Below, in pieces: positions 22,714-35,855 of a stretch of 64,000 nt of DNA (position 1 is the first letter of the stretch; the number at the start of each line of letters is the position of its first letter). The DNA is taken from positions 576,001 through 640,000 of the forward strand of contig CAVTET010000003.1 in assembly GCA_963733675.1 (NCBI GenBank). Direction: 5' to 3'. Source of the stretch: an uncultured Methanosarcinaceae archaeon. Lineage in GTDB: Archaea; Halobacteriota; Methanosarcinia; Methanosarcinales; Methanosarcinaceae. The notes under the pieces were generated by a model. The model was not told where the DNA came from, made no database searches, and saw only the letters and a program-made list of their open reading frames with translations. A program made the position numbers and the translations under genes.

Positions 22714-23259
22714 ATCAGCATTAAAAATCTAATTTTCTATGGTGCAATCAGCTGCAAATATCTGAGTACGTGCGAACCACCAAAATTTGATATATTAAAA
22801 TAATATCTTTTATTTCTGAGGGACATGTAAACAAAGTAATAAATAATTCATTATCGTAAAACCGATCTTTGAAAGCGATATTATTCTCTTGACGAGGTTA
22901 TTGCTTGAAAGTTGAATAATCACTCTTTTTTCCCTCTCGTTTTTTCTACTTATTGTGTATTTTGTGGCACTAAGCTGAATGTGAATTTGATCCATTGGTC
23001 ATTGGTTGAAGAATTATCTTTGTTATTTGCTGGCGATTTTGAAGCAAAAATAATCCTAAATTTAGCACCAAAGCTAAAATCTATACCTTTTTCCAATATC
23101 AAGCCAACGAATATTTTGGAAGACATTTGTTGGAATAGAGCAATTTATCATGATTCCCCAATTAACCGAAGATGCATGAATTTTCATTATAGCTATTCAA
23201 TTTTCACAAAGAATATCCTATCCAAAGGAAAACAAGTCGCTCAAAAGTAAAGAGGTACG

Positions 23260-24704
<1,445 letters not shown>

Positions 24705-24708
<4 letters not shown>

Positions 24709-24730
24709 ATTCAACACTCACGAATCTTAA
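24705..24730 (+). pseudogene. atpC: Probable 5' stub of N-ATPase epsilon gene
   Basis: ATGA overlap with the atpD stop, reading MNSTLTNLK before an 88-bp element; position fits atpDC order. Confidence 0.45.
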
Positions 24731-24815
24731 GAAGATTTTGAGAAACCCAAATTTATGGTTGATTTATATAAGCGAATAAAAAATTTGTTGAAATTGAAAG
24801 ATTATCGAAATTGTT
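24731..24815. mobile_element. About 88-bp inverted-repeat element, degenerate
   Basis: GAAGATTTTGAGAAACCC...GATTATCGAAATTG ends. Confidence 0.5.
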
Positions 24816-24930
24816 TACTATTATTCCGATATTCATGTATCCTACCAGTTATATCTCACTCGCTATCTGTGCGTTTTAAGCTACAATGTAAAAATAACGT
24901 TATTATTTATTTTAAATTTATTATACCAAA

Positions 24931-25085
24931 AATAGTTTCGGAATAAAACTTATTTTCCCATAAAATGTTTCAAAATTAAACAATAATAAAATATTAATCA
25001 TTTTTTGAATAGTTTCAGAATAAATTCACTTCCCCATAAAATGTTGTAAAACCAAAACATAATTTTATATTAATTATTTTTTATT
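24931..25085. repeat. Two-unit 77-bp tandem repeat (third copy at about 56692)
   Basis: AATAGTTTCGGAATAAAACTTATTTTCCCATAAAATG at 24931 and AATAGTTTCAGAATAAATTCACTTCCCCATAAAATG at 25008. Confidence 0.75.
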
Positions 25086-25111
25086 ATTTTTAGAGATCTC
25101 CACAAGCTTAA

Positions 25112-25199
25112 AAGAACTTCAATTAAACCTCAAATTTCCATAAATTGCTTATTTAGGTATTATAAACAAACACCTACAGTTGAGGTTTATCGAAATTCT
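25112..25199. mobile_element. About 88-bp inverted-repeat element
   Basis: AAGAACTTCAATTAAACCTCAA...TTGAGGTTTATCGAAATTCT ends. Confidence 0.6.
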
Positions 25200-25711
25200 A
25201 GTAACATTGACACTTTTCCTAAAAAAAGTAATGCAGATTAATCCTAGAGACAGCATTTATAATTTTCTGCAAAATCTGCTATATACACTTAAATCTTTTT
25301 TTGATTCGGTTCCATTACGATTATAATTGTTTCCTGTTATCAAGTATTCAGTTGTATCAATGAGCATTGAGGCTGCTAGTTTCAATACTAATTCCTGAGT
25401 AAGGAATGACCCATCACTCTACTTCTTCTTTGAGTTCCTCGTTAATCCTTTCGTTATATTTGTTTTTCTTATTTTTTCCAGTGATTTCCTGAAAACATAG
25501 GAAATTTTCATGATATAAATACGCGAAAAGAAGCAAAACTAAAGCCACAGAAGTATGAAAAGCATATCTTTACTATGTAGTTAGTGCAAAAGCAATTATT
25601 ATTGAAGAAATTACACTGAATGAAACAGAGTAGCAGGGAATCTTCAAGTTTTCTAAATCTGCATTAGTGTTAATCATATAAACGATTGTTCTGCAGAATA
25701 AAACATTTAGC

Positions 25712-28105
25712 GTAACTATTCAGAGTATGATTAGCTTATCTTCCTTGAAAACCGCAAAATACTCTATATAAAAGGCGAACAGTTCTTTCGGATTGTAGAA
25801 CTATAGACTTTAATACCGCAAAAAGCTTATTTTCCTTCTTTGGTTCTGAAAATTTCTGATATTTTTTTTGTCTAACTTCATTATCTTGATTTCCCTCTCT
25901 GCCGGTTTATTTTCAGATGAAACTCGCGGATCTTTAAGGAACCTAATGATTTTTTTTCTTTATTTTATAAACTATAAAGTAGAATCATTGATCTTGTTTT
26001 TTGATTAGCACCGCATTTCCCTTTTTTTAGAGGGTTTAGAAAAAATTGAGTTACTTCAATTCCTTTCATGACTATGGAATCGAACCTTTTTTAAAACACT
26101 TTAATTTGCTCAGAATCCAACTCTTGAATTTGCTCTTTACATTCATCAGTTTGTTTTTTAATTTCTGTTAAAAGCTCATTAATCTCTTCAGCCATTTCAT
26201 GTTCTAATTCTCTTCAATCCCATTGATAGCCTATCCGAAAAATAATATACTTTCAATTTAAGATCATGTGTGGTAATGACAAAACGAAAAATTGTTCAGG
26301 ACTACGAAATTTCTGAAGATTATTGGAAAAAATAGAACCTTTACTACCTGTACCTAAGCCAAAAAAGAAGTCTGGAAGACCCAGAAAGGGTGATAGGAAA
26401 ATAATGAGTGGCATTTTCGATTTCCTTGTTACTGGTTGCCAATGGAAAGCGTTGCCATGATTTTATGGAGCTCCAAGCACTGTACATGATCGATTTCAGG
26501 AATGGCAACTATCAGGCTTATTTGAGAGCATGTGGCTGGTTGGTCTTGTTGAGTATGATTTCGAAAAAGGATTAGAATGGGAATGACAATCAATTGATGG
26601 TGCTATGACAAAAACACCATTAGATGGAGCTGGAACAGGAGCCAATCCTACTGATCGTGGCAAAAAAAGGTACAAAAAGGATTGTTTTAACTGATGGTAA
26701 AGGCATACCACTTTCTGTTGTCGTTGATGGAGCCAATCGTCACGATAAAAAGCTTGTAAAAAGGACTTTAGACGCCATATTCTTTGAAAGACCTTCTCCA
26801 GAAGACATAATTCAGAATATATGCATGGATAAGGGTTATGATTTCACAGATATCAGAAAATTGGTTGAAGAATATGGTTATACTGCGCATATCAAAAGTC
26901 GTGGAGAAGAAAACATAAGAAGAGACATACCTGGTTTTAGGGCAAGAAGATGGGTTGTAGAAAGGACACATTCTTGGCTGAATAGATTCAGAAGACTCCT
27001 TATAAGATGGGAAAAGAAAATTGAAAATTACCTTGCTATCCTACATTTAGCATGCGCATTGATAACATTCAGATCAGCAGGACTTTTCGGATAACCTCTA
27101 AGTCTGTTATGAAGATGAACATTGCAAAGAGCGTGAGCACATTCATAACTTTTGTAGAATTCCCAAACACTATTAACTATTATTTATAAATTTCGGAAGA
27201 ATTCTTTAGCTTCCATTGCTTTATATCCCATTTTTTGATGAGAAAGATAAAATGTGTATTTGTCATGGAAAGCTACATGAAATCAATGTCCTTTTTTCTT
27301 GATTTTCATCCCTATTTCATCACAATAAATGACATGAGAAGTTGCTAGTATCTAATGAATCATATTCCAAAATTTCTCTAAATTTCTGAAACATTCTTTT
27401 TCTACTCTAATTCTTATAGCAGAATATATTTTTATCCTCACAACATAATTATAAAACTCATAAATCCTCTCATGAAGAATAAACTAGTATTTTTGACAGT
27501 AAATTGCTAAGTTAAGATATTAGGACTATAATGAACTGGATATTCCACTGATTCGGAAAAACAGCTTTATTTAATATTCCACAGCAAGGACAGATCTTAA
27601 CCAGACTTCGATGTTCTGTGACAATAAGAACTATAGGGACTATCAAAACTGAGACTATTCTAATAATTTCAATTTCAACATTCCTAAAAAATTAGCCGCT
27701 TCTTATATAGTAGTTCTCAGAATATTGTGTCAATCAATCAAAATCATTACACATTTCAAGAGTCTTTCGGGATTAACTTCTCAACATCCAGGTTTCTAGA
27801 TACCTTTTTTGTGGAGATTATTAATATTGGGTTCCTCTTTGACAAAAAAAAATTAGTTGAAGTATGTCTGCTAATGTTACGAATATTTTGATTTGAGCGA
27901 GATTCCAATAAAATAAATATTTTAGTGAGTTCTTTAATTTGATATTCAAGACTCTTCAATATAAGCAATAACCTTAGGGTTTCAAGCAAACAAAGTAAGA
28001 ATATTTTTATGATTCATCAGCAATAAAAAGAATTTATTATACATCCAATTTTTCGCTGTTCCAAAAAAAAAGTGTCGTCACTCACAAAGTTACTTGAATA
28101 GTTAC
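25712..28105 (-). mobile_element. Degraded IS66-family (single-ORF, ISBst12-like) element carrying a nested IS5
   Basis: Termini GTAACTATTCAG (25712) and TTGAATAGTTAC (28094-28105); flanks CATTTAGC / CATTTTGA look like a decayed 8-bp duplication. Fragments SLEYQIKELT..LESRSNQN, VIYCDEIG, HALCNVHL, GIEEN and ENKPAEREIKIMK. Confidence 0.85.
26227..27098 (+). mobile_element. IS5-family element (inactive), copy 2
   Basis: Closely similar to 16814-17686; TIRs TAGCCTATCCGAAAA / TTTTCGGATAACCTC; flanks TGA/TAA; stops and frameshifts in the transposase. Confidence 0.93.
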
Positions 28106-28163
28106 CATTTTGAATCTGAAAGCATGTTAAATCTTAATAACAAATTGCACAAAGGTAATTGTA

Positions 28164-28697
28164 TCAATTCCTTAAATTTTCAATAACCTGTTTACCCCTT
28201 TTTGTGGGGATAATTGTTAATTCAGCTCCAGAAAATTTTATCTCCAGCATATCTACATCAGCAATTCTATCCATTGTAATTGCAAGAGCTGCAACTTCCG
28301 AGTGAGGCTGATTGCCCACTGCGATATTCCAGTCAGCGAGGTAGTAAATTTCAGGAGGGACCTTCTCTGCTCCTACGACAATCATAAGCTTATCACATTT
28401 TTTAAGTTCATCAGTAACATTGGGTAGATTGACCCCATACATCGAAAGGTGGCAAACTTTCCCACCACTAGCTTTCCACTCCTTGATTTCCTTATTGAAA
28501 TCGACTTTATTTTTAATGTAAAAGTCCCCCCCCCAACGACTGACGACAGCCTCAAGACTCTTTACTACCACTGGGTCATCCGAAGCAAGAAGCATACCAT
28601 CTGCACCAAGCAACCTAGCTGTCAAGCCAACATGTGTAGTGATTCTTTTATCTCTTCCGGGGCGATGCCCCAAGCGCAACAAAATAATTTTTTTCAT
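28164..28697 (-). CDS. trm56: tRNA (cytidine(56)-2'-O)-methyltransferase (aTrm56)
   Basis: LRLGHRPGRDKRITTHVGLTAR, HLSMYG, VGAEKVP and GNQPHSEVAALA. Confidence 0.93.
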   Translation of the reverse strand: MKKIILLRLGHRPGRDKRITTHVGLTARLLGADGMLLASDDPVVVKSLEAVVSRWGGDFYIKNKVDFNKEIKEWKASGGKVCHLSMYGVNLPNVTDELKKCDKLMIVVGAEKVPPEIYYLADWNIAVGNQPHSEVAALAITMDRIADVDMLEIKFSGAELTIIPTKRGKQVIENLRN

Positions 28698-28763
28698 GCT
28701 CGTGCTAAAGCCTGAATAGGTATTAAAGGATTTCACTGAAAAAATGAAGAATATAAAAGAAAA

Positions 28764-30284
28764 TTATTGGAATCCAAAATTTCCAGGGATTCTCCTCAAA
28801 AGCATACCTTCGACTACAATTGGATTCGTTCTCTGAGCTGTTGTCAATGCAGTTTCGAGCTTGAACTCTTTTTCCGCATAGATAGTCAGAATTGAGTCTC
28901 GTTTCTTGACCGACTCACCCATTTTTTTATGGATAGCAACCCCAGCTCCCTTGTCGTTAGGAGCACCTGCAAGCCTGGCAATTTCAATTATCCACTTATT
29001 GTCAAATTCTATAACGTATCCATCAGTAGAAGCAAAAAGATCAGCGGTATATCGTCCAACCGGAATAGCATCGGATGTGATATTAGGGTCGCCTCCCTGA
29101 GCTTCAATGATCTGTTTCATCTTTTTAAGAGCTTTACCATTCCTGAGTGTTTCTATCGCAAGTTCTTTACCATGGTCTTTCGGAGCTGCACCACCCATTT
29201 CTAGCAAAATACCCGCAAGACTAGCACTCTTTTCAATAAGGCTATTTGGGCCTTCCATGCTTTCCAGCACTTTAAGAGCTTCCCTGACTTCCAGTGCTGG
29301 GCCAACCTTTCTTCCTATGGGAGAGGACCCGTAGGTGATGGCACACTCTATATTCATTCCAAGCCTGTGCCCAAGATTAATCAGGTCTCGTGCCAATTTT
29401 TGCCCCTCCTGGATTGTAAGAATTTTTGTGCCAGCTCCTATAGGAATGTCTATTACAACATTGTCAGCTCCAATAGCCCCCTTTTTTGCCATAATTGATG
29501 CAAGCATCTGGTAGTAAGGATCAATTGAGAGTGGGTATTCGACTCTGATTAGCTTATCATCTGCAGGAGCGATGTTAGTGGCTCCTCCCCATACAAGAGC
29601 TCCTCCCACTTTCTCGGTTATCTCCTTGACTTCCGTAGAGGTAAACTCGACAGGACAGAGGACTTCCATAAGGTCTGCAGTTCCACCCGCACCTGTGATT
29701 GCCCTGGAACTTGTCTTTGGAATCAAAAGTCCATTTGCAGCAACTATAGGAACAATAAGAAGGGAAATCTTGTTTCCTGGAACTCCCCCTATGGAATGCT
29801 TGTCCATGATAGGATGTGTATCGAACTCGATCTTATCTCCCGTATCTATCATAGCTCTTGTCAGCCATTCTACCTCGTCATCAGTCATCCCATGGATATA
29901 AGTAGACGTTACAAAAGCCGAAAGTTCGACATCACTTAGGTTTTCCTCCACGATATCATTTACTAGCATCTTGATTTCTTCTTGCAGAATAGGTTTTTTA
30001 TCCATAATTTTTTTAATAACGGTTCCAGATTTTGAGCGTAATGCTGGTACAACTTCGACAGGTTTATCCCAGTCTTTGAAATGCCTGTAAATTTCGAAAA
30101 AAGCTCCAAGAACGCCTGGTGGAACCATGTCATCAGTTGTGTCCACAATAGCAGAGAGGCTTTCATGCCCACGAATGCGGATCCGCTCCCCGGGATTAAC
30201 ACCCAGTTCCTTCGCATCGGCAATATTCAACAACACTTTGTGCTGCCCTATTTTGATATTAAGAGGTTCCAGCTTCAACTGCAT
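28764..30284 (-). CDS. deoA: AMP phosphorylase (archaeal thymidine phosphorylase family)
   Basis: DKHSIGGVPGNK, PKTSSRAITGAGGTAD, WGGATNIAPADD and ASIMAKK, plus the archaeal N-terminal domain. Confidence 0.92.
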   Translation of the reverse strand: MQLKLEPLNIKIGQHKVLLNIADAKELGVNPGERIRIRGHESLSAIVDTTDDMVPPGVLGAFFEIYRHFKDWDKPVEVVPALRSKSGTVIKKIMDKKPILQEEIKMLVNDIVEENLSDVELSAFVTSTYIHGMTDDEVEWLTRAMIDTGDKIEFDTHPIMDKHSIGGVPGNKISLLIVPIVAANGLLIPKTSSRAITGAGGTADLMEVLCPVEFTSTEVKEITEKVGGALVWGGATNIAPADDKLIRVEYPLSIDPYYQMLASIMAKKGAIGADNVVIDIPIGAGTKILTIQEGQKLARDLINLGHRLGMNIECAITYGSSPIGRKVGPALEVREALKVLESMEGPNSLIEKSASLAGILLEMGGAAPKDHGKELAIETLRNGKALKKMKQIIEAQGGDPNITSDAIPVGRYTADLFASTDGYVIEFDNKWIIEIARLAGAPNDKGAGVAIHKKMGESVKKRDSILTIYAEKEFKLETALTTAQRTNPIVVEGMLLRRIPGNFGFQ

Positions 30285-30330
30285 AAATAAACTCCTTCCA
30301 TTTAGTTCTCTTGGCCTTTATACTTTTTTT

Positions 30331-31184
30331 GGTTCCGTTGCAAAAAATCCAAAAAAATATGTGAATCTATAAGTAATGGATAAAAATCAAAATATTAAAG
30401 AAAAATGTACTAACATTATAAAACTATACCAAACAATTGATTAATGTATTTGACTTCACCAAGAACAGAGTAATTTAAATTATTGACTTGTCCTTTTTTG
30501 ATCATATTTATAGCTTCAATTCCTTTTAAAGTCTTACTAGCAGATAGAAAAGACTGAAATCCTAACATTGGATTAACGATTCTCTTTATAGATCTGTGAT
30601 CTTGTTCTATAATGTTATTCAAATACTTGATTTGTCGAATGCCTACGTTTTTAGGTAGTATTTTATCAATTTTTAGTTTATCTATAGCAGGTGGATAAGC
30701 TGGATTTTTATCTACAGTTATTACCTTTGGAATTTGACTATGATTAGAACTTAAAGCTTTCTTAAAGAATCTCTTCGCTGCCTTTCTATCTCGTTTTGAA
30801 CTTAACATGAAATCAATTGTATCTCCATTTGAGTCAACTGCTCGGTAAAAATATTTCCATTTACCTTTTACTTTGATATAGGTTTCATCAACTCTCCACG
30901 AATCATTTGTTGGTCTTAAATGTCTTCTTATCTTCTTTTCTATTTCAGGGGAATATTGATGTACCCATCTCATGATTGTTGTATGGTCGACTTTTACTCC
31001 CCTTTCTGCCATCATTTCCTTTAAATTTCTATAACTTAATGCATATTTTAAGTACCATCTTACATTCAATAAGATAATTTCCCCTTCATAATGCTTCCAT
31101 TTAAAGGAATTAGATAGCATACTACTATCTTTGGTTTTCTTTTTATTCTATTGTATCATTAGAAAGAATTTTTGCAACGGAACC
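30331..31184 (-). mobile_element. Intact IS6-family insertion sequence
   Basis: Perfect TIRs GGTTCCGTTGCAAAAA; 8-bp direct repeat CTTTTTTT on both sides (30323-30330 and 31185-31192). Confidence 0.96.
30416..31120 (-). CDS. IS6-family DDE transposase
   Basis: 234 aa uninterrupted: WRVDETYIKVKG, YRAVD, TVDKNPAY and LNNIIEQDHR. Confidence 0.95.
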   Translation of the reverse strand: MLSNSFKWKHYEGEIILLNVRWYLKYALSYRNLKEMMAERGVKVDHTTIMRWVHQYSPEIEKKIRRHLRPTNDSWRVDETYIKVKGKWKYFYRAVDSNGDTIDFMLSSKRDRKAAKRFFKKALSSNHSQIPKVITVDKNPAYPPAIDKLKIDKILPKNVGIRQIKYLNNIIEQDHRSIKRIVNPMLGFQSFLSASKTLKGIEAINMIKKGQVNNLNYSVLGEVKYINQLFGIVL

Positions 31185-31429
31185 CTTTTTTTAACAACAA
31201 CTTTGTTCCAATTAATATCCATGAATCAAGACTTTCGGTAAATTTACCTAAACTAAAAACCAACAAAAAAGCCCGAAAAGGAGTCTTGAGGCTTGAGATC
31301 AAATTTAAAACTGAGGTTGCTTATTTACCGTGATATTATATTAATTAAATCCGTAAAATAAACTTATGGAAAAAAATAAATAACTGAAAAAAGACTGTTC
31401 ATAATTTTTAGATTTTGCGGATGTGCACA

Positions 31430-31915
31430 TATATATAATTTGTTTGCTGTTTGTCCACTATTTACATCCGCCTGATACAGGCCTCATCTTCTTTCCCCAT
31501 AATTACAATTATTTTACTATTTTATATGTTTATCAACCTAAAAGAACACAGTTTCAACAATTACCCTCTTCTGAATTTTCTCGCTCTTTATACTAGGTTT
31601 CATTTTCATATATCTCTTAATTTGCAATCAGATGCAATCTAATTGTGGTAATTTTCCTTGCTAAAGCAATAATTGATTTTTCATACACAATTGATTTCTT
31701 CTTCCGGTTAAAAAAATTTATCTTAATTTGCTATTCTTCTTTCTTGCTACTGCCTGAACAATCTGCATTAGGATCCACCTCACTACCTTTGATCCTTTTT
31801 AGGATTCTTCCATTGCAAAATTTATCCGTAAGTTGTTATATATTCGGAAGAACTCCATTCAATGAAGCAAGCTTATCTAATGACGGAAAATTCTTGAATT
31901 CTCCCATCTAGCAAT
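31430..31915 (-). pseudogene. IS110-family transposase C-terminal remnant
   Basis: GEFKNFPSLDKLAS..GVLPN, NGRI, GSKVVRWILMQIVQAVARKKNSKL and IIALARKI; stops and frameshifts. Confidence 0.7.
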
Positions 31916-32898
31916 TAGAGTTACTAAACCAATTCCTCCAAACATAGAAACTTACATTAAAATTTCCACATCAATTTTGTAGTATGCATAAAATGATTGA
32001 AAATCAGAAAGACAAAAGGGGCTCAGAAATTCACTCTTTTTCAGTGGTGATAACCTAAAACCACAAAAAACTCGAAGATCTATAAGCGACGATTCTCGAT
32101 CGAATATTGTTATCAAAATCGAAATGTTTCCAAAACATAGGTATTTTCAAAAACAAATGTTTTGCCTTTATTTATGAGTAATGGATGGAATACTTACTCC
32201 AAGCGATATCAAATACCACTGAATTTAAAAAAAAATTAGTATAGTTTAGGTTGGTAAATACAATCCATAGATAAATCATTGAATAGTGATAATTCTATTC
32301 TTATCATATCCAAAAACAACATGATTCTATGTGTACAGGGCAATTTAATCTGAAAATTGTTACCCTCTATAAACTGGAACTTAAGACGAAAAATTGGAAA
32401 GGAAAAAAAATTAATATTCAACATTAATTTCCTGCAAAATGTGTGAAAAATTGCTGAATTTACTGAATATCTGAACCAATGGTGGGGTACTTAATTTATG
32501 CAAATGTACTAATTATTCCAAAAGAGGACAGTAATCAAATAAATTTGGATGAAATTATACTCTTTTTTCAAAACTGGGGAAGAACCAGAAAAAATTGAAA
32601 AGACTCGAAAATGATGGAAATACTGATTACAAACCTATATAGAAAAAACAAAACGAATATGTTAAAATTATCAGGAAGTGTAACTTTGAGTGAAAATGGA
32701 TTGAAAATCTTCAAAAATAAGTTAACTTCACAATGCTAAAGTAGCTACGGACATTTTATTGTACAAAAATTCCTTGTCAAGTTTTAAATCTTATGACAAA
32801 ACCACAAAACTAAAAAAAACAGATAAAAAGAATATAGAAATAAAAATTAAAAAAAGTTAAGATGTTTGAAGCTCCAGGTTATTTTTCTCCATCCTTAA

Positions 32899-34446
32899 TT
32901 AATCTCTCAAAATAAGTGATGTTCCTGTCATATCCTGCGGTTTTGGAACGTTGAGGAGTTCCAGAAGAGTCGGAGCGAGGTCACATAGTTTTCCATTCTT
33001 AAGAGCTTTTACCTCATCATTTCCTACGTAAATGCATCTTACTGGATTTGAAGTATGTGCAGTATGTGGTTCTCCTGTTTCCGTGTCTATCATCTGTTCG
33101 GCATTTCCATGATCTGCAGTTATAAGTGCGATGCCTCCCTTTTCTTTCAGAGTCGCTACAATCCTGGCCACGCAACTATCCACGACTTCTATTGCCTTTA
33201 CTGCAGCTCCACATATTCCGGTATGGCCAACCATATCCATGTTTGCGAAATTAAGGATAATAACATCATACTTTCCTGATCGAATTTTACTGATAACTTT
33301 ATCCGTAACCTCATAAGCACTCATTTCTGGTTTAAGGTCATAAGTAGCGATCTTCGGAGAAGGGATAAGACAACGATCTTCTCCTTCATAGCATTTTTCC
33401 TGCCCGCCGTTAAGGAAAAAAGTTACATGGGCATATTTTTCAGTCTCAGCAATTCGGAGCTGAATAAGTCCCTTCTTACTAATAACTTCCCCAAACACAT
33501 TTTTCAGCTTGTCTGGAAGAAAAGCAATGGGCAAATCTAGGTTTTCATCATACTGCGCCATGCAAACATAGTAAACCTTCGGACATTTTTTCCTCACAAA
33601 GTCTTCAAAGTTCTCTTTCACAAAAGCCCAGGTAAGTTGTCGCGCCCTATCTGGCCTAAAATTGAAGAAGATCACAGAATCATTATCTTTTATTGTTGCT
33701 TCAGGCTTTCCTTCTGAATCAATGATTATAGTTGGTTTTACAAACTCATCAGTCTCTCCCCTTAAATAAGCCTCAGAAACTGCAATCTCTGCGTTAGGAG
33801 CTGTATAAGGGGCAACTCCATTTGTTAGAGCTTCAAAGGCAATTTTTGTCCTATCCCAACGCTTATCTCTGTCCATTGCATAATACCGCCCTGAAACAGT
33901 TGCGATTTTTGCATCCCCATTTTGTTTACAAAAAGCATCTAGTTTCTTTATGTCGCCAAGAGCAGACTTTGGGGGCACGTCTCTTCCATCCAGAAAAACA
34001 TGTATGTAAACTTTATTTAGCTTGTTTTCACTTGCAAGTTTTATAAGTGCAAAAATATGGGTCATATAACTGTGTACGCCTCCATAGGAGAGGAGTCCCA
34101 TGAGGTGAAGGCTTGAGTCGTTAACTTTTACATTTGAAATCGCATTCAGAAAAATGGGATTTTTGAAAAAATCTCCATTTTTAATAGAGAGGTTTATTCG
34201 GGTAAGATCTTGGTATACTATCCTCCCCGCCCCTATGTTCAGATGCCCAACTTCAGAGTTTCCCATCTGACCCTCTGGAAGACCGACAGCCTCTCCGGAA
34301 GCTTCTAAAAAACACCATGGATATTCCTTCATCAAAATATTAAGGTTTGGAGTTATAGCTGCCAGAATATCATTTCCTTCTTTATCTTCTCTGTATCCCC
34401 AACCATCGAGGATAATGAGCATAAGAGGTCTTTTTGTCTGTGTCAT
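32899..34446 (-). CDS. gpmI: 2,3-bisphosphoglycerate-independent phosphoglycerate mutase
   Basis: [50 protein letters not shown] and HTAHT. Confidence 0.96.
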   Translation of the reverse strand: MTQTKRPLMLIILDGWGYREDKEGNDILAAITPNLNILMKEYPWCFLEASGEAVGLPEGQMGNSEVGHLNIGAGRIVYQDLTRINLSIKNGDFFKNPIFLNAISNVKVNDSSLHLMGLLSYGGVHSYMTHIFALIKLASENKLNKVYIHVFLDGRDVPPKSALGDIKKLDAFCKQNGDAKIATVSGRYYAMDRDKRWDRTKIAFEALTNGVAPYTAPNAEIAVSEAYLRGETDEFVKPTIIIDSEGKPEATIKDNDSVIFFNFRPDRARQLTWAFVKENFEDFVRKKCPKVYYVCMAQYDENLDLPIAFLPDKLKNVFGEVISKKGLIQLRIAETEKYAHVTFFLNGGQEKCYEGEDRCLIPSPKIATYDLKPEMSAYEVTDKVISKIRSGKYDVIILNFANMDMVGHTGICGAAVKAIEVVDSCVARIVATLKEKGGIALITADHGNAEQMIDTETGEPHTAHTSNPVRCIYVGNDEVKALKNGKLCDLAPTLLELLNVPKPQDMTGTSLILRD

Positions 34447-34723
34447 ATGAAGGGAATTCCACAGTCGTTCATAAATAGATTGCTATGAGACTTTATGCTA
34501 ACTGTTATTAGATTCCACAGGATGTGTTGAGAAATGTTAAAGAATATATATATGTATTGATTTGTTGAAAATTAGACTTATCGACCTTAATTATAAGTAT
34601 TAAAAATTACATATATAGCCTTGAACTAAAAAAAAGAGACCTCAAAAAAAGCAAAAGGTTTCTATATAAATTTTATTGAAGTTCATGTTAAACATCCGAA
34701 TAACGGAAGGAGGATTTGATTTC

Positions 34724-35335
34724 ATGAGTGGAAACATTAAAGATATTACGAGCATCCGTGATGTGGCTGTAAATATAGCGGATAAAACCGCAAATCCTGC
34801 TCCTCTTGGTTTGATGGGTTTCGGAATGACTACTGTGCTTCTTAACCTGCATAACGCAGGATACTATTCACTGGGAGGAGTAATTCTTTCGATGGGCATC
34901 TTCTACGGTGGATTAGCGCAAGTTGTTGCTGGAATAGAGGAATGGAAAAAAGGCAACACTTTTGGAGCTACTGCTTTCACCTCATATGGATTCTTCTGGC
35001 TCACTCTGGTGGGAATTGTTCTACTGCCTAAGTTAGGAGATAATTTTACTGCACTTGCTCTAACAGCAAAAGACTTTGCCGCATATTTATTCTTATGGGG
35101 AATCTTCACCCTGTACATGTTCATAGGCTCACTGAGAACAACAAGGGCTCTTCAGTTTGTATTCCTGTCGTTGACCATCCTGTTCTTCTTGCTTGCTGCA
35201 GGGACTTATCTGGGCAACCCAGCAATAACCAAAATTGCCGGCTATGAGGGAATCATCGTAGGCCTTTCAGCAATTTATGCTGCCATGGGTCAGGTACTAA
35301 ACGAGATGTATGGAGAGAAGATTATTCCTCTATAA
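34724..35335 (+). CDS. satP: Acetate uptake channel (GPR1/FUN34/SatP family)
   Basis: [18 protein letters not shown] and [16 protein letters not shown]; GGAGG ribosome-binding site before ATG 34724. Confidence 0.92.
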   Translation: MSGNIKDITSIRDVAVNIADKTANPAPLGLMGFGMTTVLLNLHNAGYYSLGGVILSMGIFYGGLAQVVAGIEEWKKGNTFGATAFTSYGFFWLTLVGIVLLPKLGDNFTALALTAKDFAAYLFLWGIFTLYMFIGSLRTTRALQFVFLSLTILFFLLAAGTYLGNPAITKIAGYEGIIVGLSAIYAAMGQVLNEMYGEKIIPL

Positions 35336-35370
35336 TATTTACCTACATTCTATAGCTGCACACAAATTAA

Positions 35371-35458
35371 GAGGATTTCGATATACTCTGAGTTTCACGA
35401 ATCGTATATATGCCAATTATAAGCATATGACGAAATTAAGCGGTTTATCGAAATCTTC
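35371..35458. mobile_element. 88-bp miniature inverted-repeat element
   Basis: GAGGATTTCGATATAC...GTTTATCGAAATCTTC; aligns in reverse with 49825-49913. Confidence 0.8.
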
Positions 35459-35855
35459 TATAACTTTTTTGCCTTTTTGCCCAATATTATTCATTGAAAG
35501 TTAGATTAATTTTTAAGCTACTGCTATATTGATAAAATAGAGGGCATTTTAGGTACAGCTATGGAAAGTGGAATCTATAATGTGCATGTTTTGATGTTTT
35601 AATATCCTTATTTTTTAGACTTTTAAATATCTATGAGATCGAAAAAATTTATTATTAATTTCATTGAAACTGATTGTAGTCAATCAAAGCTACCAGTTAT
35701 GATCGTTTTAATTGTTTCCTGTTAAATAACAGTGCACTTTTCTGAGTTAGATCGACTGGAGTTATTGGATCGATTCTAATGGCTATTTTTACTCTCATTC
35801 TGTTGGATGGGTGACCTGAAGGTCAAATAAATTGCAAACTCATAAACCACGCGAA

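Noticed and set aside
22912-23250. 112-aa ORF upstream of atpD
   Set aside because: TTG start, no RBS or motif; probably chance or unrecognisable decay.
32000-32760. Decayed coding-like sequence, perhaps another transposase
   Set aside because: No diagnostic motif could be reconstructed.
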